DNA of 64,000 bases from a virus (lineage: Duplodnaviria > Caudoviricetes). Position numbers and translations under genes: made by a program. Positions 38,627-49,222 of this stretch are shown here, piece after piece. The stretch covers positions 46,205 to 110,204 of IMG/VR virus record IMGVR_UViG_3300020049_006862. One strand, written 5' to 3'. The stretch's first letter is position 1. The number at the start of each line of letters is the position of its first letter. The notes under the pieces were generated by a model. It saw only the letters and a list, made by a program, of their open reading frames with translations. It did not search any database and was not told the origin of the DNA.

Positions 38627-39322
38627 TTATTCGTTATCTCTATCTCTCATCATATGAAGCTGCGCAAGCGTAGATTCGTCGGAGGAAAGAGAAACGGCTT
38701 TATCCACTATTTCATCGTGAATAATAGCATCTAAATCCGAACTTTGTTCGGGATAAGTTATTCCATCAAGATAAGTATATGTCCCTAAAGACAGTCTTGC
38801 TGGTGTTTTTAAATATTCTACACGTAAAGTACCTATGGATTGCCCAGGCAGTGGATACATGTAGAGCGAAGAGCCCACGGAAGACGAGCTTCGTCCGAAA
38901 TTATAAGCCACTTTTTCAGAAAAAGGACTTGAAAGATGATCGTCTAAATCATCATGTTGGACGAACGTCAAAGCAATATATTTATCACAGTCTGATAGTC
39001 CTGCAGCCCCTCTTACGAAATATAAATATTCGTATTTAAGAGAGGTTAGAGGTACTTCTAATAGGCCATCATGAACAGTCGGAATTAATTCTGGTTGCTC
39101 TGGATACTTTATTAATAGTGATTTTAAATCGTCAGTTCTCTTTTGAGAAGCTTCTAGACCATCGCCAGACGCATTTCTATTTCCTAAGCGCGACTTAACC
39201 ACCTTAGTAGTGGCCATATTAAGCAGCCAGTCTACTTCTGAATCTAAAAAATTCAGTTTAGTAGCTGATGCTACAGAATCCCGTTTAATGTGGAAATCGT
39301 AATGCATTTCTCTAATAGTCAT
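38627..39322 (-). CDS. Neck ring protein (231 aa)
   Basis: MTIREMHYDF...EVDWLLN...QKRTDDL...HDEIVDKAV; position downstream of MCP. Confidence 0.65.
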   Translation of the reverse strand: MTIREMHYDFHIKRDSVASATKLNFLDSEVDWLLNMATTKVVKSRLGNRNASGDGLEASQKRTDDLKSLLIKYPEQPELIPTVHDGLLEVPLTSLKYEYLYFVRGAAGLSDCDKYIALTFVQHDDLDDHLSSPFSEKVAYNFGRSSSSVGSSLYMYPLPGQSIGTLRVEYLKTPARLSLGTYTYLDGITYPEQSSDLDAIIHDEIVDKAVSLSSDESTLAQLHMMRDRDNE

Positions 39323-40305
39323 TATTCGATAATTTTAGAGTTTATCTCCTTAACTAGATCTTCAATAATGGTAGCTTTCTTTGGATTGAGAATAAAGTTG
39401 ATAGCCTCCGCATAAGTTTCTCCAACAACTATTGGGCCTGTTGCCTTGTTGTAGGTATAACTGCCTTGCTTCTCATAAATGATGCGGCAATCTACCGCCC
39501 TTTTAAGCAGGTAGCGAGCTTCAATTTCATCGCGTCCAGTGGCTGTTTGCATTAGTACATATAACTCTTCGAACTTGTCCAAGTTCGAACCTTGATTAAA
39601 TGTTGTTTTGTCGATAAATGAGAAAAGAATGTTGTGTATTTGTTCTTTGGTAAGATTAGTTCTAGAACTAGCTTGATCCAAAACAATAACAAATCTCTTT
39701 TTCATTTCATCGGTCATCTCAAGTGAGTGCAATGCTGCAAAAGCTTTAGACTTGCGTTCATTCTTTTGGTACTTCAATGAATCTTCTTCACTTTCCAGAG
39801 CAATATACCATCTTGCATCCGGCCATTTATGCGCACGATATTCGGTTTCGGAGTTTGCAATAAACTTAGAATCCAGGTAGACATAATAAGCCATAGCATC
39901 ATCGAATTTAGATAGATCTAAAACTGTGCAGCCGTCTTTTAATTTCCAGGATGTTCTTTGGAAGTAAGTCCATTTGTCTTCTGGTAATTTCCACTCCGCT
40001 CTTTGAAGAGGCCGGTTGGTCAAATAGCCCTTGGGCAAGCCCCAACGTTGCTCCTCACGATCTTGGAGAGTCAGACGATTGTTTTCAGTATCAGTTTTTT
40101 GAATTCCATTTTCTATTCAAGGCTTGTAAGATAGTCCATTTTTCAGACCACCGTGTTGAGGGGAATAAAAAGCCTGTACACCATCTTTGCAGTGACCCAT
40201 TTTAGTCTTTTTAAGTTTCTTCCCCGTAGAAGAGCTAATCCACTCTGATAAACCTGTTGCAGTTTCTCGAGGGACGCTGTAAATAAATACTTTACTGTTA
40301 TTCAT
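39322..40305 (-). CDS. Conserved head-module protein (327 aa, code 4)
   Basis: 40117..40305 and 39322..40038 join via TGA (YKP-W-IENG). Confidence 0.7.
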
Positions 40306-40316
40306 ATTAGATTTTT

Positions 40317-40673
40317 TTACTCCTTCTCTTTTTTGGAGTCCTCATCCGTAATTTCGGAGAGTATTTTTTGTGCTTTCTTTGCACTTATCACTGTAAGCTT
40401 CTTGACTATGGCTAATGCCCAATCAATTAAGTGCATACCTGTAAGTCCAACTAAGAAAGCTACACCATCGTTTAGTTGGTTATATTCTGCTTCTAGAACT
40501 CTAGAAGCTAAGTGACTTAGCGGATCAGTAAGGTATGCTGCCATAAGAGTACCGGAAAAAATATAACTAAAGGCTAACCAAAAGTTCATTTTTTGTTTAC
40601 TCCGCAGCAGCATTACCGTACCACCTGCTGCGCCCGCTAGAGCAGCATTTAATTTCATGTTTAAGAAAAACAT
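40317..40673 (-). CDS. Holin-like membrane protein (118 aa)
   Basis: Three hydrophobic segments (LAGAAGG, FSGTLMAAYL, VAFLVGLTG) and a highly charged C-terminus. Confidence 0.6.
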   Translation of the reverse strand: MFFLNMKLNAALAGAAGGTVMLLRSKQKMNFWLAFSYIFSGTLMAAYLTDPLSHLASRVLEAEYNQLNDGVAFLVGLTGMHLIDWALAIVKKLTVISAKKAQKILSEITDEDSKKEKE

Positions 40674-40705
40674 AGCGGGGGAAGTTTTTTTAAACTAGCC
40701 TAGGG

Positions 40706-43700
40706 CTAGTCAAAATCATAAATCAATTCCGGGATTTGTTATCGTAAAGGCTTTTTATCCTCTACTTCTTACACTTCTTGTTCGTGTAAGTCCAGCATAT
40801 ATTTTCCCTCTATAAAGAGGGTCGAGCACTCGTGGGAGAATTATATTTATTCATCTCCTATGCGTTACACTGTTTCTGAACCTTTCGTAATTTCAGAACT
40901 TAGCACGGTATTGGGAATCTCACCGTTCACCGTTTTTGCTCGATTTTTGACTGAGGCAAATTTCATAAGCCTGATTATATAGTTGTTAAATTCTTCGAGA
41001 CTTGAATTCGATTTAGCCCTATTGCAGAATTTGCAAGATGGGGCAACATTGCCTTGAACATACCCTTTAGAAGAGTCTATTCTGTCAACGCCGTTATGAG
41101 GTATTGAAGCTTGGCAATTTGTTTTCCTGTGTATCTGTGAAGGTTTGATACCACAGTAAGAGCATGGACTAACTATCAGAGAACGAAACTCATCTTGAGT
41201 TATTGTAAATTCTCTATTATCTTTTTTTGCACGGGCACGATAACGAACATATAAACCTCTAACATCACAATCATAAGGATCTGTGTAGTAAAATTTATGT
41301 ATATGTCCACAAGATTTGGACTTAAGATTTTTTACCGCGTCCCATTGCACTTTAAATATAGTGCCGCAAGAACATTTAACTTCCACTACAGGAATTTTAT
41401 AATCTTTAAGTTTATCTTTTTTTAATGTGTATCCAGGAAAACTAAGAACTGTTAGTTCATTATATTTAAGTCCTATGAATTCTTTATAATCAGTCGTATT
41501 GTACATTTCGCTTTCAACGAAATTTTTAGGTTGTTTTTTTAATTTCAACATTTATTACAATAATTTGAGTTTTGTACATACCACAGCGTGTTACGTCTTT
41601 GATCCAGATACCAAAAGAGTCCTGTACAAAGATTTCGTAAGCACCGATTAAGCCAGCAACAGAAGCACCTTTAGCAGGGCCTGTTGGAGTCCAGGTACCG
41701 TCGATGTGTCCCCAGCGGAAAGTGTTCTCAGTTTTCAGAACAGAGATGTTGTTGTCAACACCGTCAGAACCGAAGTCCAAGAAAGTCATACGCATAGAGT
41801 CAATTGGATACTCAGGGTATTGTGGGTGCATACGCTTGCAAGCTTTACGAGAATCGTAAAGTGGGTTACGCATAAGTGATACCTCAATACCTTCTGGGCC
41901 GTACATGGACCATTCGCATGAGCTCGTTAAACTCATACCGTACAGTTGTATCAATTCTGTACTGCTTTATGTTGCCATAAAGATTAGACTATATCATCCT
42001 CAAAAATGAGGGTTCCCGTTTCGAGCCACTTGGCTCTACCATTATGTAAAGATTTTAAAGTAAGAGGTTTAATTCTAAGTTTGTGCTGCATAGAATCCAC
42101 TCTTCGGACATAAGGTTCTACTATTTTTATAAATTTTCTTGCTTCTCTAGTGCCACAACAAAGTTCGTAGTAAGCATTCTTTTTAACTTGATAAAAACTA
42201 ACTTTTCATACTTCATTAAAGTAATCTATAATTAATTGATTTTCTTCCTTAGATATGTTGGTATGAAGTCGGAGCATTGTTGCTCTTGTTGAACCATCAG
42301 GATATTTTAACATCCCTAATGAGCCATCATCCATGTATCATATTGCAAGTCCTAAAGCATTGAGCTTATTTAACTGTTTGCGATTAGCAATTTTTTTAAC
42401 TGGTCTATATAATATTTTTCTATATAGCTTAGTAAATTTATAAACGTTAGTTGTAAACCGATAAGCAGGAAAACCGTTAGATGTTAGAAATTTAATTTCT
42501 GACGTTTTTATACCAGATTTTCTTAACAATTTAGCTTTCCATTCCAAGTAATCTTTCTGCTTTTCACAGTGCTGTACTCGGAGCTGTCCGTATTTATCTA
42601 GGTTCCCATCTCCTAATATCATACTTAAGAATAAGTGTCGGGATTTTTCTTTAATCTTTGTCATACAAGTTCGAATACATATAGTATCGATTTTTTATTT
42701 TTTAGTCGTTGAACCTTCCTCCTATAGGAGGCTTGGCTGCTGATTGTCCCGGAGGGAGATCCCAGCAATTAAAGAACTTTAATCACTACCACGGAGTAGA
42801 AATAGTGAGTGTACTGCGCACCAAAAGAAAGGTGGCGTGGGTCGCCATCGCCAGCAGAACGAGTGAAGTGGCTATCTACAGTCAAGAAAGAAGAAGCTTC
42901 GGAAGCGAGCATGTCGTGGAACATTATTGCAAAAATCTTCGAGTAGAATCGTTAATTCTACCCCGGCTTTTTTAAGCCTGCTATATATTACTATATAGAT
43001 GAGATCATATCATCCTCTTCAATTGAAGAGGTTTCCTGTTTCGGAGCACTTGCTCCTACTCCCTTTCGGGATGATCGTTGAGCGTCATACTTAGAAATCC
43101 TTTTGCATTGAATTAAAAACTCTTTGACAGTTTGATCTCTTTTCATATAATTACAAACATTGCAACAAGCTACCGAATTATCATCAGTATAACCGCAAGT
43201 GTTATCCATTCTGTCTACTCCATTATAATATAATGGGTCTCCAGTTAGTTTATCTTTACGACTGTTTGATTTTGTTTTGCCGCAATAAAGGCAAGGAGAA
43301 AGTATTAGTTTGGTAAAAACTTCTCTTGAGAGTTCAAAAGAGTAGTTACGATCTAAAGATGCTTTCTTATAAGCATTATAGATGTATCTATATCTTTCGA
43401 CATCTGTTCTGTTATCCCTATACGTTTTTACAGAACAAGAATTACAACCTACAAAACCCCTTTTATCAAAGTATCTTTGCTTATAAGCAAGATCTTTAGA
43501 AGTCATAGAAAGTTTTTTACCGCATGAACATTGTACTTCTCAAGTACCATGCCCATTATCTAACCACTTGGTTATTGTTAATTTTCCTAGTTTTTGTCCT
43601 AATTTCATTTGTATCATAATAAGTATTTTCGTTGCTGATTGTCCTCCTATTTCTAGGGTGGGAGATCCCAGCAGTTAAGGAAATTTTTCGACTTACCTCA

Positions 43701-45818
43701 CGATAAGAAGGGCCCAATGTGTTAAGCCTAATGTACCAGTGATCGCAGTTACTTTACGATTGTTAACGTTTTCACGAGAGAAGAAGATATCCATCAGATA
43801 ATCTTTCAAGCGAGAAACAGTCAAAGCAGAATTGTAATATTCGCAATTATTATTATTCAGTTAGAGTCGTTAATTCTAACTCGGGAATGGTTACCCAGCT
43901 CATAGTTTCCTATGAGATTAGACTATATCATTTTCCTGTAGATGTTTATCTAAGGAAATTTCTCATTTCGAGTCACTTGACTCTACTCCCTTTCGGGATA
44001 GTCGTTGAAGGTTCCAATCATAAATTTTTTCTATATGCTTAAGAAAATCTTTAGGAGATTTAGTATACTTAGCTAGATTACAGTTTTGACAACAAGGTAC
44101 TACATTATCTTGTATGTATCCTAAATTGTTGTCAAGTCTATCTATTCCAGTATAATTATAGGTCATTAGTGATGTTCTAATACAGGTATTAGTTGGTTTA
44201 TCTCCACAGTATACACAAGAAGACGAAAACAATTTCGCTGCCTCCTCTAATGATAACGTAAATTCTAAACCTCTGTTTTTAGCACTTTTCCTATATCTAC
44301 AATATATAGTAGAATATTTTTCAGCACTGTTCATCTTTTGATCTCTTAAGAAGTCGTATCTACATTTTTGACATCCTGCAAAGCCTAGCTTTGCTAATGA
44401 CATACACGCTCTTGAAACAAAAGTAGTCGGGCCTTTAGCTGTATTTCCACAAGAACATTTTAGTATATATTGTCCTTTGTGACCTATTACAGTAAATTCA
44501 CCTATTTTAGTGCCTATTGGATATTTCATAATTTATTTTTTAGCTTCCCTGCTGATTGCCCCTATTTTTAGAATTGTTACAGTTTATTGTATCTAAAACT
44601 TAGCGGGGGGTCCCAGCAATTAGAGAAATTATTCGATTACTATTACTAGTAAAAGGGACCAAATATTAATCCAAGAATCTTTAAGTTGTTCGCGTACACC
44701 TGGCAGTGTGTTGTTCCCTTTCGTTCGTTAAACGAAAGGCGTACTATCCAACTTTAAATAGTACTGCCTTATATTACTATAAGGATCAGGTCATATCACC
44801 TTCCTATTAGGAAGTTTCCCGTTTCGGATTCACTTGAATCCTACGCCATAAAGGCTGACCGTCGAACGTTCCCTTTTCAGGGCTTCGCTGCTGATTGTCC
44901 TCTTCATAAGAAGTAGGAGATCCCAGACAATTAGAGAAATTTGCAATATTGTATTACTACAATATGGGGCCCAATTTGACCCGTTTTGATCCAGTAGCCT
45001 GACTGCGAAGGACGAGTTTGCTTGATACCTAACCAACCTTGATATTCCTGAGACATGTACATTTCAGAGTACATGCGAGATTCAGCCATAGGAAGGAAAG
45101 AGTTAACTTTCTTCATCTTCTGAGTGTGAGGATCAGTGTACAGGAATTCTACGCCCAATCGGCCGCCTTCTCTCCAAGCTTTGTCAGTGATCGTCAGTTT
45201 CTGAGCGAATTCACCAATTTGGCTTTCCAGTTTGAACAGGTTAGGAGATTGTTGTGTACCGAAGTATGGGTTAGCTTCTTGCTGAACAGAGGTCCATCCT
45301 TTAGAAAATTCACGACCTACTTCCAAAAGTGAAGGAGGGCAGAAAACTGTAGGATTGTCACCTTGCAGTTCGAGGGTGTAGATGTAACCTGTGCCATCTG
45401 GAACAGAATCACCGATGATAGCCATCGGGTAAGAGTTATCTTCACCAAGCAGAACATCTGGTTGTGCGTAATAGTCGATGTCCAATTTTACACGGAAACG
45501 TGTATTGTTTAAGCCCGGAGCGTCGTTGCCTGCTTCGAGATTCTCGAGAACAATAGCAATACGTTCTTCAGCTCCCTGCATAGTCCAGCGGAACACATCG
45601 CTGTTGATCATTTGAACATTGCCTGGGTTGATACCTTGAGCAGTCAGCAATTTACCTGTGAACAGGTCTGACTGAGAAGAATAAATTTTTGTGAGGGTGC
45701 CCATGAATTCATGCGGCTTGCCCGTGTCATAAGCAGCGCCAAGATAATTGGAGTCGATAAAATTACCCCCAAATCCTTGGTAGTGCTTGATAATCATGTT
45801 ACTTCTAGCGCTAGCCAT
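40706..45818 (-). CDS. Major capsid protein, six exons (489 aa spliced)
   Basis: Exons 45818-44979, 44703-44669, 43843-43725, 42929-42802, 41903-41580, 40729-40706 sum to 1470 nt, in frame: KTG|PGVREQLKDSWI|EYYN...GTLGS|IMFH...THY|YGPEG...TRCG|ELIYDFD*. Confidence 0.88.
40730..41579 (-). mobile_element. Group I intron 5 of MCP (850 nt)
   Basis: 5' exon ends in U, intron ends in G; P7 GCATA/TATGC; candidate internal guide AATTT-GCCTCAG lies near the 3' end of the ORF. Confidence 0.8.
40865..41551 (-). CDS. Intron-encoded HNH homing endonuclease
   Basis: CSCG, CSYCG, NGVDRIDSSKGY...NVAPSCKFCNRAK. Confidence 0.85.
   Translation of the reverse strand: MLKLKKQPKNFVESEMYNTTDYKEFIGLKYNELTVLSFPGYTLKKDKLKDYKIPVVEVKCSCGTIFKVQWDAVKNLKSKSCGHIHKFYYTDPYDCDVRGLYVRYRARAKKDNREFTITQDEFRSLIVSPCSYCGIKPSQIHRKTNCQASIPHNGVDRIDSSKGYVQGNVAPSCKFCNRAKSNSSLEEFNNYIIRLMKFASVKNRAKTVNGEIPNTVLSSEITKGSETV
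41904..42801 (-). mobile_element. Group I intron 4 of MCP (898 nt)
   Basis: P1 CACTAT/GTAGTG with U.G; TTGCTGGGA...CAATCAGCAG core; P7 GACTA/TAGTC; terminal G. Confidence 0.85.
41984..42664 (-). CDS. Intron-encoded LAGLIDADG homing endonuclease (226 aa, code 4)
   Basis: SMILGDG and LAI-W(TGA)-YMDDG motifs; second TGA near 42206; stop TAA inside the intron core. Confidence 0.85.
42930..43724 (-). mobile_element. Group I intron 3 of MCP (795 nt)
   Basis: P1 GGCT/GGCC; CTGCTGGGA...CAATCAGCAA core; P7 GATCA/TGATC; terminal G. Confidence 0.85.
42991..43617 (-). CDS. Intron-encoded HNH homing endonuclease (208 aa, code 4)
   Basis: N-terminal extension LGKLTI...GT-W(TGA)-EVQCSCG; CLYCG, NGVDRMDN, CCNVCNYMK. 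Confidence 0.85.
43844..44668 (-). mobile_element. Group I intron 2 of MCP (825 nt)
   Basis: P1 GGAT/GTCC; TTGCTGGGA...CAATCAGCAG core; P7 GACTA/TAGTC; terminal G. Confidence 0.85.
43918..44529 (-). CDS. Intron-encoded HNH homing endonuclease
   Basis: CSCG, CVYCG, GIDRLDNNLGY...NVVPCCQNCNLAK; ends at 43963 (TGA) or 43918 under code 4. Confidence 0.85.
44704..44978 (-). mobile_element. Group I intron 1 of MCP, ORF-less (275 nt)
   Basis: P1 GGGT/GCCC; TTGTCTGGGA...CAATCAGCAG core; P7 GGTCA/TGACC; terminal G. Confidence 0.85.
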
Positions 45819-46842
45819 TAGTTACTTGTTGTTTTAAAATAGTCGCTCAATCGATAGATTTTTGTGCTTGTGTAGGATTAGAGCTGCCCCCTACTTTAGC
45901 TTTTACTGAAGAGACCTCGCCTAACTTACTTTTTAAGTCTTCGAGGGCTACTGATTTTCCTTTAGATGTGAATCGACCGAAATCAAATCCAGTCTTTGGA
46001 TCATATTCTGATATGATGTCTGCTAATTGAGCCAGGTGATCGTAATTACTAGAAATAGTATTCAAAGCTCTAGTGAAATCTGTTGTAGTGATACCATCAC
46101 GCGTTACAGGATTAATCATAAATGCTTTTAACTTGTTTTTACGATCATCAGGAATACTAGGAAGTTTTTCTACTGCCTGTGTAATACTTTCCCGATATTG
46201 TTTAGCTGCAGCTTCCTCATCTTTAAGAAGATTGTCTTGAGCTGCTTTGTAAATACCTTTTAGTTCTTCGTAAGCTTCTTCAGCCTCATCAGCCAAAGAT
46301 TCAGAAAGCTCTAAAGAAGATATTAACTTATCAATCTTAACGTCAGAATAATTTCCAGTCTTTTTATAATAATCTCTAAGTATCTCTTTTTGAGTAGAGA
46401 CGTTATCCAAATCAACTTCTTCTAAGGCAGAAACTTTGGTTTGGCGAGCATAGAACTCATCAATATGTTTCCCGCCCGCCATAGCGTATTCTGCAATAGC
46501 GTGAAAACTTGGAGGCAACGAAGAAATAAGACTTTGAGCTGCTTCTGCTCTAAGACTAGTTTTAGTCTTATTCAAAGATTCAGCAATAGTTTTTAAATCT
46601 ACCTTTTCAGGTTCTTCATCGTCTACAAGAATGTTTTGTGATTTTAGGAGATTATATATGTCTTTGTAATCTGTTTCGTCCTCATCACTGTCGTCATCTG
46701 AAGGATCTTCCGGTTCAGGAGTAGGTACGGGATTATCGATGTCGTCTATAATAGGATCATCATTTCCTAGTCCAGAAAAGTCAGGATCGAGAATCATCCC
46801 GAAGTCAAAGACATCATCTGGTACTATATTTTCGTTATTCAT
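45811..46842 (-). CDS. Acidic scaffold-like head protein (343 aa, code 4)
   Basis: Between portal and MCP; acidic N-terminus, coiled coil; TGA 45847 readthrough reaches a TAG overlapping the MCP start. Confidence 0.65.
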
Positions 46843-49214
46843 TATTTTGTTGTTGTTTTAGGTTTAGATGCAGAGATCTTCTCTCGAGATTTCCTATCTA
46901 ATTCTTTTTGTTTAGAAGCTTGTTCAATCTTCCATTTTTCCATAGCCATGCTGTCTTCATGGATCATTGCCTGAAGCTGGAGCTTTCCTTGATCGGAATC
47001 GTTCGCTGCTGCGATAACTCTTTGGTTCATCATCTTCTCACGTTCGAGCTGCATCATAGCTTCAATCTGAGCTTGTTGTGCTTCTTGCTGAGCCCTAATT
47101 TGCTCCATCTGCTGCTCTTGGAATTTCTTCTCAGAAGCTTCAATATGCTTTTCGAGTTGAGTCGAAGACGTAGCTTTGTATAATTTAATAAGGTCTGAGA
47201 AGTTTGCTTTGTCATTTTGAATAAGCGGCTGAGCCAGATTCTTCAAATCACGGAACAGTGCTTCATCATCAACTAAAGAAGAGACAAAAACAGCGATATC
47301 CGCATTTGTTAAATCATCAGGACTTAACTTCAAGGTTTGAATAGACAAATCATCCAGCACATATTGCTTAATAATCGACTTATTTCTCCAACAAGAGATA
47401 GCACACTGTACTAAACCATTCAAAACTTCTTCCCAAATTCTTTCGTGAGGATAAAAATAAACAGATTCAGTAATAGTAGCGCTCTGTAAGATATTAGCTT
47501 GAGCATTAGAAACAAGTTCAGCGGAGCTGATCTGCCCTTCACGCTGTCTAGTAATACCAGCAACATCAGAAATTTGAGCATCAATAGCATCTAAGATGTT
47601 GATGTAATTTGCAATTTGCTGCGTATTAGACATATCTATAGACTGGGATACCATGCCTCTATTGTATGTACCTGCCTCTTCAGCATTACTAAGAGGATTG
47701 AAGAATTCTATATTCATCTGTTTGAGATAATAAATAGTCTTCTCTAAACCAATTTTATCTGAGATTTGAGACATGTCAAACTTGTATACCTTACCCTGAT
47801 CTGTAGCAATAAGCTTCTTAAACTTATCCATAACAATCAAGTACAGATACTGGAAAGGACGCATACGATCCATTAACGAAACATTAGGTCCGTTAAGATT
47901 ATTGTAAACGCAGCCATAATAGCCGAGGCTTACTTCGTACGGATTGTCTAATGATCTGTACTGGTATTCTTTAGGGCCAATATGACAGTAAATATCGGAA
48001 CCAATTTTCACCGCTTGCCAAATTTGTGGAATCCATTCCCATTCTAAAGAATAGTTTTCCCAAACATATTTAGTAATTTTGTTACCCCAATGATTCTTTT
48101 CTATTGTTTTTTCGGCGGTAGCCGGAACAACAAAATCCTCAGAAACAATGTCCATTTGCTTGTCACCATATTCGTTAGTGTAAGTAATGAATCCTACTTT
48201 CTGTAAAGATCTCCATTCTACATGCACTACAGGAATATCTCCAAGCAGAGGATTGGAATAAGCGCCTTGAATGTCGTGGTCTCCAGAACCATTTAAGTAG
48301 TTATCGTAAACATCTCTGGTCCGAACTGGAGGTTCTTTTTTGTAGAAATCTGGAAATTCGTCCATTACTCCACTTAGAGAACCTTCTAATTTTTCAATTT
48401 CCTCTTCCGTTAGGTCATCATGAAATTGATCTATGATGTCTGAAGCTACCATTTTAGCTTTATAACCAGCGAATAAACCTTTTTGAACATACTTTTCATC
48501 CATACCTTTATAATAAAAAGTATTTAGAGTATTGAGTATTTTTACAGTAGGTTCTCCATTAATTACGCCAACCCAGATCATCTCGTCGCCGCCAATTAAA
48601 CCGTGTTTAAATCCTTCATTCTTTTTCTCCTTCAGATTATCTTTTCTAATAAGATATCCTAAGATGTCTGAAGCTAATTTTTCTCGAGCTTCTTGATAAG
48701 TAAAGGACATATAGTGTTCTAATTCAGCTGGATCTACGAGACCTTCTGTATTTACTTCTTCGTCAGATTGTTGAATCTTTTGTACTTCCGCGCTAATTTG
48801 CGCATTTAAGTATTTTTTTAACAGCTCCTTTTTGTGCAATTCCTTAGATCTGATGCCGTCGGAGTTAACCAAAACTGTTCTGTAGCGAAAAGGTGTTTTT
48901 AATTCCTCTCCAGTCAAAATTCCGATTTTATTCGGAGTCTTGTTGTAAGGCATAATCTGATCTTCAAACTGTCCAACTTCTACGCCAAAAGGATTTAACT
49001 CACGTTCAAAATCTTTTTGATTAATTACGTTGTTGTACAGTTGGTAGTTAGCATACTTTCGATCATAATCTGTGTTACCACCAGGAGAAGGAGAGAAAGT
49101 ATTAGAATATTGAACAATGTGATCAACCATCAGTTTTGCCCACGCAAAATCATCTTTACTTTTTTCCGCGTAGCTAAGCCGCTGCTTTGGAAAAAGCGTA
49201 TTCATGTTCGTCAT
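46842..49214 (-). CDS. Portal protein (790 aa)
   Basis: FPKQRL, KIGILTGEE, VVHVEWRS, SLMDRMRPFQYLY, AGITRQREG; Gln-rich tail; between terL and MCP. Confidence 0.85.
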   Translation of the reverse strand: MTNMNTLFPKQRLSYAEKSKDDFAWAKLMVDHIVQYSNTFSPSPGGNTDYDRKYANYQLYNNVINQKDFERELNPFGVEVGQFEDQIMPYNKTPNKIGILTGEELKTPFRYRTVLVNSDGIRSKELHKKELLKKYLNAQISAEVQKIQQSDEEVNTEGLVDPAELEHYMSFTYQEAREKLASDILGYLIRKDNLKEKKNEGFKHGLIGGDEMIWVGVINGEPTVKILNTLNTFYYKGMDEKYVQKGLFAGYKAKMVASDIIDQFHDDLTEEEIEKLEGSLSGVMDEFPDFYKKEPPVRTRDVYDNYLNGSGDHDIQGAYSNPLLGDIPVVHVEWRSLQKVGFITYTNEYGDKQMDIVSEDFVVPATAEKTIEKNHWGNKITKYVWENYSLEWEWIPQIWQAVKIGSDIYCHIGPKEYQYRSLDNPYEVSLGYYGCVYNNLNGPNVSLMDRMRPFQYLYLIVMDKFKKLIATDQGKVYKFDMSQISDKIGLEKTIYYLKQMNIEFFNPLSNAEEAGTYNRGMVSQSIDMSNTQQIANYINILDAIDAQISDVAGITRQREGQISSAELVSNAQANILQSATITESVYFYPHERIWEEVLNGLVQCAISCWRNKSIIKQYVLDDLSIQTLKLSPDDLTNADIAVFVSSLVDDEALFRDLKNLAQPLIQNDKANFSDLIKLYKATSSTQLEKHIEASEKKFQEQQMEQIRAQQEAQQAQIEAMMQLEREKMMNQRVIAAANDSDQGKLQLQAMIHEDSMAMEKWKIEQASKQKELDRKSREKISASKPKTTTK

Positions 49215-49222
49215 TGCTTATA

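Noticed and set aside
41526-41954. Track ORFs 41526..41954 and 44830..45036 as independent genes
   Set aside because: The first is MCP exon 5 plus intron flanks; the second mostly overlies the intron 1 ribozyme core.
42700-44940. Recurring GCTGATTGTCC...TCCCAGCAATT sequences as a CRISPR or repeat family
   Set aside because: They are the conserved P4-P6 core elements of related group I introns; no spacer array is present.
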